Source of the DNA: Octopus sinensis | Taxonomy: Eukaryota | Reading direction: 5' to 3' | Assembly: GCF_006345805.1 (NCBI RefSeq) | Contig: NC_043007.1 | Location: forward strand, 63,240,001-63,304,000 | Length of the DNA stretch: 64,000 nucleotides | Shown: positions 48,841 to 60,593 of the stretch, piece after piece | Layout: every line of letters starts with the position of its first letter | Numbering within the stretch: position 1 is the stretch's first letter | Program-made: the position numbers and the translations under genes | The notes under the pieces: generated by a model | Told to the model about the DNA's origin: nothing | What the model saw: only the letters and a program-made list of their open reading frames with translations | Databases searched by the model: none

Positions 48841-51800
48841 CATGATTTATTTGTGATCAGAGATGTTCAAAAACTGAGGTACTACTGTATATAATTTTGA
48901 TGAAGGAATGGGGAAACCAGTTTAATGTTACGTATATTTCAGTGAATGGCCATTTATTTTGTATTACATAGAAAGGTTATGCAATGTTATAAAATAAATT
49001 TAAAGCCAATTCACTTCAGACACTTTCATTTCAACACATATTAGTAGACAAGGAAGAAATGCTTTTCTGCCCATCAAAATTCTCTGAAGCTAAGCCAGGT
49101 ATGTAGCCATGGGGTGCTCAGCAACCCCAGTTAGACTCTCAGCCCCCCCCCCCATGAGAATTTGTTTTATCCACTTTTGAAATAATACATTGTCCCCACC
49201 TTTTTTCTCATAAGCAATATCTGAAGTTGTTAAAGATGCAATAAATTGAATTTCGATTTAGTAGTTAGTGATATGAAAATATGGGTAAATTAGAGCTGGT
49301 CAAAGTGTTTGTTGTAGCTATAATTGTTGTCGCAGAATTGGCTGCTGACCCGGTCATCAACTGTGGGTTGAATTAAGGAGTGACTGACACTGGGTCGGTT
49401 GTTGTTGTTGTTGTTGTGGTGGTGGCCATGGTGCTGGTGATTGTCAGTGTTGCTGTTGAAAAGTATGTGAAGAATTGTTTGCTGTAGTTAGAGAGTTATG
49501 GTAGTAAATGCATCACTACACATATATATATATATATATGAACAGAGACCAACATTAAAAAGTTATTTTATTTCTACTAGTCAGAGAGGATTATTATTCG
49601 CGAAAAAGGAAAGAAAATTTTTGAAATTTCCCAAAATATACATTCAGAAAGGATTTTTCAGGTGAGAACTTTCACTGAATAATTTTTCTTACTCTTTGAA
49701 CAAAATTTATACTGAAATCATTGTGTTTAACTAAAAAAGTATAGAAATATTAATATTTCTAAATCTCTCTAAAGGAGACTATGGCAGCGGTACTGGATAT
49801 TAATAGTTATCGTCAAGCTAACATGGCAGTCCAGGAAAATAGGACACTTGGATGAACAAATCTACATCAAAACCCTTCAAAGTTGCTACCAATGCTACTC
49901 CTTACAATCACCAACCTTTTCAGGCAATCCAAACACTATTTTCCTGGACTGCCATGTTAGCTTGGCGATAACTATTAATAAAAAAGCATAACTTTGAAGA
50001 AATTGAAAAAAAAAATTGCTTGAACTGAAATTGCTTATGAGTTTAATTTAAAAATACATAAATTTTAAGAAATTGTTACTCTTACGATATTCTACCTTAG
50101 AATTAATTATTGCGAATAACAGTGCCCCAAAATAATGAATCACTACCGAAAAAGAGAACTGAAGCAATCATTGCTGAATTTCCAATCTGATTCATCTAAT
50201 AATGCTAAACAGAAGAGAATTGCAAACGAAGTTTTGCAGCTCAAGGGAGGTCTTGCAAAGTCTTTGACCCTCACTGGATGATCACAAGTCGACTGCCAAC
50301 CAGTGCAGCCAGTTCTAGCAAAGTTTGATCCAAATATGGAAATCAGAGATGTGACTTCTTGTCAAGCTGGTATACTGGTTGTCCATGGTTAGAGTATTCT
50401 CTTTCAAAGAAAGCCTTGTTTTGTTTTGCTAGTCAGCACTTTCATACTTTTGCTCAAGCTGATACTTGTTTTATTAAAAATGGATATTCTAATTGGCATC
50501 ATGCAAAAGAAAAAAACAAAGGTTTATATAAGTACACAAACTCTGCATCCCATATCCAAGCTATGGTAACATGGAAGGAATGCCAACAGCGTTTATCCAC
50601 AACATCCATGTCTTCAATCTTGCAAAATGATCAATTGAGCAAAAACTGTTATTATATCAGTTCCATTGTTGATATTGTTAATTTTCTTTGTGCAAATGAA
50701 TTGCCTTTTCAAGGAAACAAATATGAAGCTTTTCAGGATCTTTATTCGGAAGATTACATGCGGCCTTGTGGTCTTTTTATGAAATTATTCCAGTATACAT
50801 TAGAGAAAGACTCAAAGCTAATGGAATATTACAGCAGGATTCCAAAAAATGCGACCTAAACCTCAGCAGCAATGCAAAATGAAATCATTGGATTGTTGAG
50901 AAGACACACTTTCAGCCTCGTGGTCGATGAAATAAAATGTTCCAATGATCCTTATTTTACGCTGAAATGTGATGGAATGCGTGATTTGAGTAATACTGAA
51001 AATCTTGCAATTGTTATTAGGTACTTGAAAAACGGCAGGGTTCTGGACAAGTTAGTTGCGATGCCAACTACTCAACATTATGATGCTGAAACATTGGCCA
51101 ACTTGATAATTAAGGAATTAACCAACCTTTGCATTGACCCAAAGAGTATGTTGTCACAATGCTATGACGGTGCTTCTGTGATGTCTGGCAAAATAGGTGG
51201 CATTCAAAGAAAGATTCAGAATCGACTTGAGAAATATATACCTTATGTTCATTGTCTTAATCATCAGTTGCATCTTGTCATGGTTAACACAATAAAGCGG
51301 ATTCCAGAGTTAGCTACGTTCTTCAACACAGTTAATATTCTTCATAATTTTATTAAACGGCCAAAGATAGCTAGTCTCTACAAAGGATTGAAGTTGCCAA
51401 GTTTTATGAAGCATAGGTGGTCGGGTCATTTCACTGCCATTGCTTCTGTAATAGAAAATCACTCCAAAATTGTTGGTTCGCTAACAGAATGCACAGATTC
51501 GTCAGATTCAAGAATGTGTATAGAGACAACTAGAATTTTACATCAAGTTCATTCCTGAAGGTTTGTTTTTCTAACCCTGGTTCTTAGCAGATTTCTGCAT
51601 ATAATTAGACCAGTAGACAAACAGCATCAGAGCCACAAATGTGATATATACCATGGCCTTGAGCTTAAGATTTCCAAGAGTGAAATAACCAAACTGAGAA
51701 ACTCTTTAATATTTGATGAGATTTTAAAACAGATGAGTCAATTTAATATTATTGATGAACGCATGTGTTGAAAAGCTTACTGGTCCCAACGTTTTTCAGA

Positions 51801-52638
51801 TTATGTTGTTGAAGTCCTGGTACCATCACAAGATGACTGGATAACCTTTCACTGCAAAATTTATTTTGCGATCATCAACGAAAGCTTGGGAGAGCTAGAT
51901 AATAGATTTTCAGAACAAAATGATAGTATATATTCTTCCTTGGCAAGTCTACTACCAACATCTGAAACATTTTTGGATTTTGATGCTTTAAAACCTTTGA
52001 GCAATTTAGTTAATTGCGATAAATCGGCCTTACTTTCTGAACTTACTGTGACTAAAGCATGCATTTCCAAACAAAATATGATCTTTACGTATTGTACAGG
52101 ACACCTTTCCAAATGTTTATCTTTTGTATGGTGCAGCATTAACATTTGGATCTAGCACAGCTACATGTGAATCATCATTTTCAACGCCAACTCGAATTAT
52201 GACACCCTTTCAACGAAATATGAAGCACCAGCGAAAATCAAACTTCGTGATACTTGCTTCCCTTAATAAATACAAATCAAGTATAGACAAGGATGATTTT
52301 CTAAAATTTTTCGTCTTGCATTGCCGTAGATTGCAGTTGTATTAAATAAATGTATCCTGATTTTATTTCGTGTTCTGAATTTTTTTGAGAGACTTATGTT
52401 GTACAGTTCTCATATGACATGTTTAGATGAAGTTTATTGTGGATAAAATCCTAGAAGTGATATTTTCCTCTCCAAGTTATTTCTATTCAAAAGTCAGCTG
52501 TTTCGACATCTAAGCTATTATGCTCTTTAATGTTTTAATTCAAAGTGATATATATATATATTATATATATATATATATGATAGCGTCATAGTTGATATAG
52601 TATAAAGGGATCTGGATAAGTTTACTTACCTCTGTTAC
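35394..52638 (-). CDS. CCDC88C: Girdin/Daple (CCDC88 family) 3' portion; 5' coiled-coil exons lie beyond the window
   Basis: Terminal exon 36860-35394 ends NSVWYEYGCV* (the Daple C-terminal PDZ-binding motif is WYEYGCV). Exon 37806-37673 encodes SPGSELLTLEQFLKES (GBA motif; human GIV SPGSEVVTLQQFLEES). Exon 47413-47345 encodes SRSSEDL. Candidate microexons at 47501-47490 and 52638-52630. Invertebrates usually have a single Girdin/Daple co-orthologue, so the symbol is indicative only. Confidence 0.92.
37673..37806 (-). CDS. CCDC88C: Girdin/Daple GBA-motif exon
   Basis: ctttcctttcaaaag|gc ... aga|gtaagt; 134 nt, phase 1 to 0; KMADVDDDYHRSPSTIHGRQSPGSELLTLEQFLKESNPDSPTLR. Confidence 0.92.
38280..38660 (-). 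mobile_element. SINE-like repeat with internal microsatellite (related copy about 61880-62230 on +)
   Basis: Shared segments, e.g. aaattcactcacaag versus ttgtgagtgaaaattt and gtggttgcaaagcaagcttct versus gcttggaagtgtggtt. Confidence 0.6.
39500..43715 (+). mobile_element. Scattered RTE LINE RT remnants (about 39500-40370 and 42690-43715)
   Basis: EEGPAI..DMKTGKAAGLS.IAVEML, CYKGK.DA, and gcatttatcaacctgtagaaggcttttgat (FIDL.KAFD-like); 3' tail ggcattaggaagggcatccagcc...gatgatg. Confidence 0.75.
47345..47413 (-). CDS. CCDC88C: Girdin/Daple 69-nt exon (SRSSEDLVNFDSASRDGTYSLG)
   Basis: ttttgtgttctcag|gt ... gag|gtagga; phase 1-1, joins in frame to the GBA exon. SSEDL resembles the Daple FSSEDL segment. 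Confidence 0.8.
47490..47501 (-). CDS. CCDC88C: Candidate 12-nt microexon of Girdin/Daple (TTTCTTCAACTG)
   Basis: attgtatttgcaaccttag|TTTCTTCAACTG|gtataa; phase 1-1; 76-nt intron to the next exon. Confidence 0.45.
48682..48889. mobile_element. Tc1/Tigger-like MITE with microsatellite core
   Basis: About 50-bp imperfect inverted repeats (tagtaccttgattttcgaacacctctgatcacgaataaatcgtgctt / aagcatgatttatttgtgatcagagatgttcaaaaactgaggtacta) around (TATG)n(TG)n(TA)n. Confidence 0.75.
49798..49980. repeat. 45-bp inverted repeat (1 mismatch) enclosing a 93-bp spacer; MITE-like
   Basis: Arms at 49798-49842 and 49936-49980; the spacer is nearly identical to 52916-53008. Confidence 0.9.
50359..52345 (+). 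pseudogene. Decayed hAT transposase (ZMYM1-like: TTF zinc finger, DUF4371, hATC dimerisation)
   Basis: WYTGCPWLEYS..KALFCFA, GYSNW, IVNFLCANELPFQG, MQNEII, LKCDGMRDLSNTE, QCYDGASVMSG..GIQRKI, YVHCLNHQLHLV, RWSGH, STATCESSFS. In-frame stops at 50857-50859 and 51556-51558 and later frameshifts. Possible degenerate left end at about 49096 (caggtatgtagccatgggg); right TIR not found. Confidence 0.9.
52630..52638 (-). CDS. CCDC88C: Candidate 9-nt microexon of Girdin/Daple (GTAACAGAG)
   Basis: tgtgcttttgttattcttttag|GTAACAGAG|gtaagtaa; phase 1-1 compatible. Confidence 0.7.
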
Positions 52639-52869
52639 CTAAAAGAATAACAAAAGCACAGAATGGCAGTGAATTTATTGAAAGACAACCAATAAAAGAG
52701 TTGCCATTGGAAAATGATATCAAACAGAAATATATGTTTAAAAGGAAAGGTAAAAAACTAGAATTTGCTTTTGGCTTTTTTTCTCAATATAAATATGGCA
52801 AGAAGTACTCAGAGTATTATACTATATTTATAAAGAAAACTGGACAGATCTTTTGTAACTAGAAGGGAT

Positions 52870-53161
52870 CATATAGACACAATCACTGCACTTATCAGGA
52901 AAACACTAACTTCATCACTTGGATGAACAAATACACAACAAAACCCTTCAAAGTTGCTACCAATGCTACTCCTTACAATCACCAACCTTTTCAGGCAATC
53001 CAAACACTTTGTACAATGTGAGACCTACAATGAAATACTGTTCTCACATTTTAGACTGTGAAGCTAGAACACATGGATGTTAGATCACATCCAAAAGAAG
53101 TTCAAACTGATTGGTGTTACTCATCAACATACTCCAATATAGGCCATCAGATGTGCTCACT

Positions 53162-53190
<29 letters not shown>
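52870..53190 (+). mobile_element. Decayed LINE (CR1/L2/Jockey-like) RT C-terminal fragment
   Basis: NTLYNVRPTMKYCSHI then, after a frameshift, WMLDHIQKKFKLIG (cf. TLYKAxVRPxMEYCSHIW..LLDRIQ.K..LIG); ends in (CTA)n. Confidence 0.65.
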
Positions 53191-53192
<2 letters not shown>

Positions 53193-55068
53193 AGTAGTAA
53201 ATAACACTTTTAGTTGTTCCATTCTTCTTCAAAGATTCTGGAGCAAGTGTGTCAACTTGATAGCAGATTTAATAAAATACTTTTGAAAAGTAAGTCCTTG
53301 AATCATAGCTGGTTAATCATGTGTCCCCACCACACCTAGATCCACCTGACTCATCTCTATTTGCCTTGTCACTTATTTTGTATTTACCCCCCTCAGTCCC
53401 ACATTAACCATTATTCTCTTACCTATGTGTTATCCCTCTTAAATTACCTCTTTCCCCAATGACATTGAAATGTAAAAGGGCAAGAATTACCCTAATATAT
53501 TCCCTTTCTACTAGACTAAATTATTAAAAGCTCATGAATATCCAAGGTAAAAAGAGTTTGCAATATGGTTTTAATAAGTAGCTGTAGTTACTGAATTAAG
53601 ATTTTTAAAAATATCGATTCAGTTATAATATTAGGAAAGTCATATATGTTAAAACAATCATCTTGCCTCAATTATTATTAATGAATGCCTCAGATTTCAA
53701 GGTGTCATGCAATGAGTATGTGAGCAAAAGATATTCATTAAATGATATAAAATTATGATATTACACAATTTTTTTGTGTACATAAAATCTTTTTAGCAAT
53801 TACTACAGACAAACATAAATCAAATTCCATTATTCTACTTCTAAAAATAATGCAAACTATTTTTAAAGAATTGTAAAAATTATATATCTTTTTGCCCAGT
53901 GTATCGATCAATGTTTATAATGGGAAATAAGAAAACTTTATTGAATTGATTTGAGTGAATTATAAGTATTTATTGCAACAATGCTATATTAGAGTTACTC
54001 CAGTTAGGATTTGAATTCAGAATATTGAAGTATTTAGATAGGAATAAAAACTTATTGCGTGTGTGTTATGCTATTAATTACTAGTTACTTGTTCCTATGA
54101 ACATTGAACACAATACAAGAAGGGAAAAGTTATGTATTACAGGTGCTAATTTCATCATTTATCTTAGTGAGAAAGAAAATATAAAGTCACTGCCAGATAG
54201 ATTTGAATAATAATGAAATAAGATATATTGATGCCTGCTGCAAACATATAGGTAATTTATGTAAAGTTGCTACAATAATAATAATAAAAATATTAACAAG
54301 GTGGATTAGAGTATAAACAAAAGTTTTTAAAAAATAAAAATAAATAAAACAAACATACATGCTTTTAATTAAAGTTATTAGTAATATGTTAAAAATAAGG
54401 GATTGTTGTTAATATTACAAAATGAGAAAAGTGTCAAAATAAAGACTAAATCTGAAGAATTTAGAAAACCAGAGGCAGAGAATTATCACTATCTAAGTAT
54501 ATACTTGCATAAAGTTCAACAAATTTAATTTTGAAAAATATTGAAAATTAAACTAGCATACATACAAGATACAGACCATCAAAAAATGAATGAGACCTTC
54601 TCAAATATTTCCCTTTAAGATTCACATACATGAGATTTTAAAGGTGAAAATTTTGAATATGACAGTTGTTAATGAATTTGTTTCAATGTAAAAATTGAAG
54701 TAATTCAAGTATAATTCTACAAGAATGGTACAACACGATACTTTGCTACACTAGAGTAAAAATCCACACAGTATATGAATGGGTACTAAATTAATTATTC
54801 TTATTTTTTATCTGTTATAATCCTTGCAGGTTCTCCTATACCAGTAAAGTTTATGGTGGTTGATACTTAAGTGACATTTGAAGTGAAACAGAATGAAACT
54901 TTGTTTAAAAAATTATCAGAACCGAAGACCATTAGAAATTTTTTATCTCAAAAGACACAAGGAATTCAACATTGGTGAAATATATATCGTTGAAAAAAAA
55001 AAAAAAATGGGACAAAACTTCCATTATGATAAATTACCATGAAAGGAACTTGAAAGAGACAGTACATA

Positions 55069-55299
55069 TATGATGGGGAGCTAAAAAGTTCCTGGCTTTG
55101 GGTAAAAGAAAATACAAGAGGATCAGTTAATTATGATTTTATTCAAAATATTTCCCTTTAAGATTCACATACTTATTGCAGTGGTCCTTCAGTTTTTCTA
55201 AGCCCTGTAAAAAAAAAGAAAACTCGGAAGGTTGGGCCTCCAACCAGGCCTCTTTTCATGATACCCTTAAAGCCAGGAACTTTTCAGCACTCTTTCATA
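55069..55299. mobile_element. Mariner-derived MITE
   Basis: TA-flanked TIRs tgatggggagctaaaaagttcctggcttt / aaagccaggaacttttcagcactctttca. Confidence 0.8.
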
Positions 55300-56399
55300 A
55301 TAGTTAAATGGAATTTGATCTTTAAAATTAACCCATTTAATACTAAGCTGCCTGACACTGCCTCTGGTTCTATAGTACTAACTTCCTGTTGTAAAGTTAT
55401 TTAATAGCCTCCTATCATAATTTCATGTTAATTTATATTCTATACACCAGAAATATGGTAACAAAAAGGTTGATGCAAAGTTTAGTCTAACAGTTACTGA
55501 GAGAAATTTTAATATCATTGAAATTAACTTAGCTCTAGAGGATGTTGTGGAGTGGATAAGAGTGATCAATAGCAACAAAGAAAACCAAGTGAAATAAAAT
55601 ACACATAACACAAATGACAGTTCTAGGAATAACTTGCTTCAAAATTATGTATATATGTAAGATGCTTTCTTGAGATGAATACTGCAGTTTTCTGGCTTTC
55701 TATAGTATATCCGTACATATATATATATAAATATATATATATATGTTACAAACATACACCTCCTACTGATCATTCTTGCCCAACATGGACATAAGTATTT
55801 CATACCATTCTCTAAAATAATTTCTTTCCTGTCTGTATCTCTTGTACCTAGTTGCAATGGTTACTCACTGCTATCTCTCTTACTCCCTTAGGGTAAAGTC
55901 TGCCATCTTCATCCATTTCCAGCCATTGCCTCCACGCCTGTTCCCCCCTCAGACTTTCGTTAGTTTATTCCATGTGTTTCGCTGTTTGATGACTCTTTTA
56001 AATATGCACAGCCAAACTAAAAAATTTTCCTTTTTTTTAATCGCCTCATTCATTCATTCATTCATTTTCTCTTAACTAATTCTTTCTTGTTTGCTCTGCT
56101 CCCTAAAATGAGTAACATTATGGTTGCACCCACCCTTTCCCACCACCAATACCAGAAGCCTCATTTCTTTTACTGGACATCCAGGTGCCTTTCCCCCTCT
56201 CTCTTCTTATATTGGATATTTTGCCACTCTTTCCTTTTTCTCCCTCATCTCTGGACTAACTAAACCAGATAGCAGCCCACTTACCCTCTCTCTTTTTTCT
56301 TTTTACACATTTATAGGTGTAATGTTTACATTCAGAATGCTCATAACACTCTATATTTACAAATGCCCCAAACACTTTATATACACTCCTTCCTTACTC

Positions 56400-57860
56400 C
56401 CACCTCCCAATAGAGGCAACAATTCTAACATGTGTGAATGACAGTAGGTTAAAAGCAAGAATAGCTATTATGATGTCTGTTACCAAACAATCACGGGAAC
56501 CTTCTTTTCAGGTGCTGAATAACATCTCCCCTTCTTGTGTTACCTTCCATATCTCTTTCCCAATTTTCAGAGTTGGCACTGTAAATGTAGGCACATTGAA
56601 AGGTAGGTCTAGAGAGATTGTAGAGATGCTTGAACAGAGATGTGTTGATGTATGTTGCATACAAGAGATAAGGTGGAGAGGAGCTTCAGCCAAAGCCCTC
56701 ACAGACAAAGCACACAGGCATAAACTTTTCTGGGAATAGAGGTGTGGGCATACTTTTCACAGAGAAATGGGTGGATAAGGTCATAGAGGTAGTGAGGGTG
56801 TGTGATAGGGTACTTAAATTCAGGCTAGCTTGCAAAATGGTATAATTTTCTCTGCCTACAGCCCACAAGCAGGCCTACCAAATGAACAGAAGGATCACCT
56901 TTATGATATTCTTCTGCAGGCTATCTCAAAGACAAGTGACAATGATCTCATCTTTGTGGCTGGAGATTTTAATGGACATGTTGGCCAGCAACCTGGTAGC
57001 TTCCATGGTGTACATGGGGGCTATGGAGTTGGTACCAGAAATGAAGAGGGAACTAGGCTCCTGGAGTTCTGCAATGCAAATAACCTATTGATCTGCAACA
57101 CCAACTTCAGGAAACCAACTAGCCACCTGATAAACTATCAATCAGGTGACTCTGCTAGCCAAATTGATTTCCTTCTCACCAGACAGTGGATGCATGGTTG
57201 TTCCTAAATACAAAGACCATCCCTGGTGAAGAATATGCCCCCCCAGCATAGACTAGTTATTAGTGACTTTAGAGTGACGGCCAGAAGGATGCTAAAAACA
57301 GACCAATCTGGAAAAGAAGGACATGGAAGCTTAAGAACTCTTCACATGATCAGAGATTTAGGGATATCCTTAATGAAAAATTTGTTAAGGAGGAGGAGCA
57401 ACAGTGACTGGCTCCCCATGCCAGTGGAATGAAAATAGCACCATCTAAACGTGGTTGATGCCAGTACCCCCTGACTGGCTCCTGTACTGGTGGCATGTAA
57501 AAAGTACTATCTAAACGTGATTGATGCCAGTACCACCTAACTGGCCCCCATGCCAGTGGCACATAAAAAGCACCATTCAAAGTGGGCGATGCCAGTACCC
57601 CATGACTAGCTCCCATGCCTGTGGCATGTAAAAAGTACTATCTGAATGTGATCGATGCCAGGCCCACCTGACTGGTTCCTGTGCTGGTGGCACATAAAAA
57701 GCACCTACTACACTACTAGTTGGTGTTAGGAAGGGCATCCAGCTGTAGAAACACTGTCAGTCAGATTGGAGCCTGGTGCAGCCACTGGCTCTCCAGACTT
57801 CAGTCAAACCAGCCATCTCATGCCAGCATGGAAAACAGATGTTAAACGATGATGACGATG
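56400..57860 (+). mobile_element. RTE LINE: APE endonuclease region fused to a 3' tail (RT missing) with about 64-bp tandem units
   Basis: RVGTVNVGTLKGRS..DVCCIQEIRWRG; SAYSPQ; GDFNGHVG; NEEGTRLLEFC; QIDFLL; PQHRLVISDF; five about 64-bp units at 57407-57712; tail ending gatgatgacgatgat. Confidence 0.9.
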
Positions 57861-58934
57861 ATATATATATCATCAAATTATTAAAGATCAATCCTCAATT
57901 AGCTATTTTACACATAAATGACATTTGTACAATATAACAATACTGTTATAGAATAACAAAACCATTGCTCATATAAGCTAAGATATTTGAAGATCTGACT
58001 CAGCATCCAGTTTACTAACCTTTTCTCCCCACTCAGTTGTATGATGATTAGAACATGACAGTGATATGATATATCTTGCTCATTCTAAACCAAATAGAAA
58101 TAAACTAGTTTTACTTAAATATGTCTGAAATTACTTTGTTGCTGTAAGATTAACATTAATACGGTTACTGAACTTTATATGAAATATTTTAATGAATGCA
58201 GTTAAATCAATAAGCACTTTCTTAGATTGGCATGACACCTATTGTCGACAAGTGATTAAGTAAGTCAAAATGCTCCAAGAAAAAAATTGAAATTGGTTAT
58301 GGCAAAAGTTGTTTGACTATTCTAACTAAAATGTATTTGTTATTCTTAAACTGCAATTGTTTGGCAACCAATTTGACCTGAGACTGTTTGTTAGGACTAC
58401 AACAAACTGCATTGACAAGAATGAATCATGAGAATAGTGGATAATTGATTCAGAATTCAGTGATTTTATTTTTGGTCTCATTCACAAATGAAAAATCAAA
58501 ACAAAGAAAATCTAACAATAAATAGATAAATAAACATAACAAAAACATATGGAACATAAGACAGAAATAGTCTGCACAAATTATAGCTGGAAACACTAAG
58601 TAACAATAATATAGCTGTAATTTATTACATCTAACAAACGATATTTTTTTCTCTTAAAGATTTGATAGAGATATAATATGCCGAGATCAGCCAATATGTG
58701 AGTTCAACAATAGAAAGTAATAATGATATTAGTTAAGATTTTTTTTCTGAAATATACTGATTATATTATAGCTTTCTCTCTTTAAAGGTGTCCTAAATGA
58801 AGTTTTCCCTGAAAAATAAAAGAGAGTAAAAGAGTATAGAGAGTAAATTAATTTTAAAATAAATGAAAAGTTCCTGGTATCTCTCTCTATATATAAATAG
58901 CATAAATATATATATATACATATATGTGCGCGCA

Positions 58935-58989
<55 letters not shown>

Positions 58990-58991
<2 letters not shown>

Positions 58992-59365
58992 CTAGCAGTA
59001 TCGCCCGGCGTTGCTCGGGTTTGTAAGGGAAATAACTATAAAGCATTTTTAGAGAGTTATAGCCAAAAATAGCAAAAAAGGGGAAAAAAATATGGTAAAT
59101 TTTTTGAGTTAAAAAGGTCGAGTTGCGTTCCCTAGACAGTCTGTGGTTTGTGTTTCTGATTCTCGACCCATGTCGAATTTATCGATTATTTTCAGAACTG
59201 GGGGAACTTTTCAAAATTTTCGCTGCGTTAGTTTTGAATTATGACATTGGGCTATGTGTGTGTCAAGTTTCATCAGAATCGGTTGAAAGCCGTGGTCACG
59301 GTGAGGGTACAACCTAACAGACACACAGAAACACACACAGACAAACTGCCGTTTATATAGAGAGA
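58990..59365 (+). mobile_element. Non-autonomous Helitron-like element
   Basis: Starts TACTAGCAG..CCCGGCGTTGCTCGGG and ends acagacacacag..acagacaaactgccgtttatatagaga, the architecture of Lep1-like non-autonomous Helitrons. Confidence 0.6.
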
Positions 59366-59388
59366 TATATATATATATATATATATAT

Positions 59389-59592
59389 AGAAAGACTCCG
59401 CCGGTTACGACGACGAGGGTCCCAGCTGATACGATCAACGGAACAGCTTGCTCGTGAAATTAACGTGCAAATGGCTGAGCATTCCACAGACACGTGTACC
59501 CTTAACGTAGTTCTCGGGGATAATCAGCGTGACACAGAGTGACAAGGCTGACCCTTGAAATACAAGTACAACTCATTTTTGCCAGCTGAGTG
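59389..59592. mobile_element. Low-divergence-looking SINE-like interspersed repeat fragment
   Basis: CpG-rich 200-bp block (ttacgacgacgagggtcccagctgatacgatcaacgg...) embedded in TA microsatellite; family assignment is from recall only. Confidence 0.5.
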
Positions 59593-59594
59593 GC

Positions 59595-59660
<66 letters not shown>

Positions 59661-59873
59661 TATATATATATATAGTATAATATATATATATATAAATATA
59701 TATCAACAGTATAAGTGTGTGTGTGTGTGTGTATGTATATATATATATGTATGTATATATATATATATATAGTATAAATATATATATAAATATATATCAC
59801 CAGTATAAGTGTGGTGTGTGGGTGTATGTATGCATATATGTATGTATGTATGTATGTATGCATATATGTATGC

Positions 59874-59904
<31 letters not shown>

Positions 59905-59929
59905 ATATATATAAATAGTATAAATATAG
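59593..59929. repeat. Compound TA/TG/TATG microsatellite with internal duplication
   Basis: Seen directly; other TA tracts at 6028-6080, 44215-44320 and 58925-58989. Confidence 0.95.
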
Positions 59930-60593
59930 ATTTTGCAAAAGCTTTTGACAAAGTGGCTCATGGTATGATATGCCACAAACTGCATGATCTCAGCATAGCT
60001 GGAAAACTTGGTTACATGACTTTCTGAAAAATAGAAGTCAGGCAGTAGTGGCTAATGGAGCCACCTCTATGAAAACACAAATAGTGAGCGGTGTTCTACA
60101 GGACACTGTCTTGGGACCTGGGTATCGATATGAGTGATGATACTTCTTTCCAAGTGCACATTACCAGGATGGCGACAAAGTGCAGAAGACAGGCTGGCTG
60201 GCTCCTGAGAACATTCAGAACCAGAGATAAGGAAACCATGATGGTCCTCTGGAGGACATTCACCCTCAGCCACCTGGATTACTGCTCCCAGCTATGGTCA
60301 CCCACCAGTGTGAAATTAACAGCGGACCTTGTAGCAATCTACAGAAGGTTCACAAAGAAGAGCATCTCTTTGCAACTGCTCAGCTACTGGGAAAAGCTGA
60401 AACAGCTAAGACTCTACTCCCTGGAGAGAAAACGGAAGAGGTATGCAGTAATATACATCTGGAAGATCCTGGAAGGAATTGTGCCAAATTTTGGCATTGA
60501 AAGCTACACCAATGCCAGAACGGGATGTCACTGCATAGTGCCAAAGATCCCAGCAATGTCATCACGCTTCAGGACCAGTTACTGCAACAGCCT
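59930..60593 (+). mobile_element. CR1/L2-like LINE RT fragment running into the assembly gap
   Basis: [13 protein letters not shown]; VLQDTVLGP-like; RTFRTRDKETMMVLWRTF..HLDYCSQLWSP; LYSLERKRKRY. Confidence 0.9.

Noticed and set aside
49300-49500. GC-richer (GTT)/(GGT) block reading as His/Asn- or Thr-rich peptides on minus
   Set aside because: Stops in all frames and no usable donor; probably low-complexity DNA associated with the hAT left flank.
57407-57712. CRISPR-like array of about 64-bp units
   Set aside because: Eukaryotic context, units are diverged tandem copies along their whole length with no unique spacers, no cas genes, and the array is embedded in an RTE-associated tail.
59590-60027. 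Stack of YI-repeat ORFs (also 6028-6210, 48640-48843, 58729-59072)
   Set aside because: Translations of TA/TG microsatellites.
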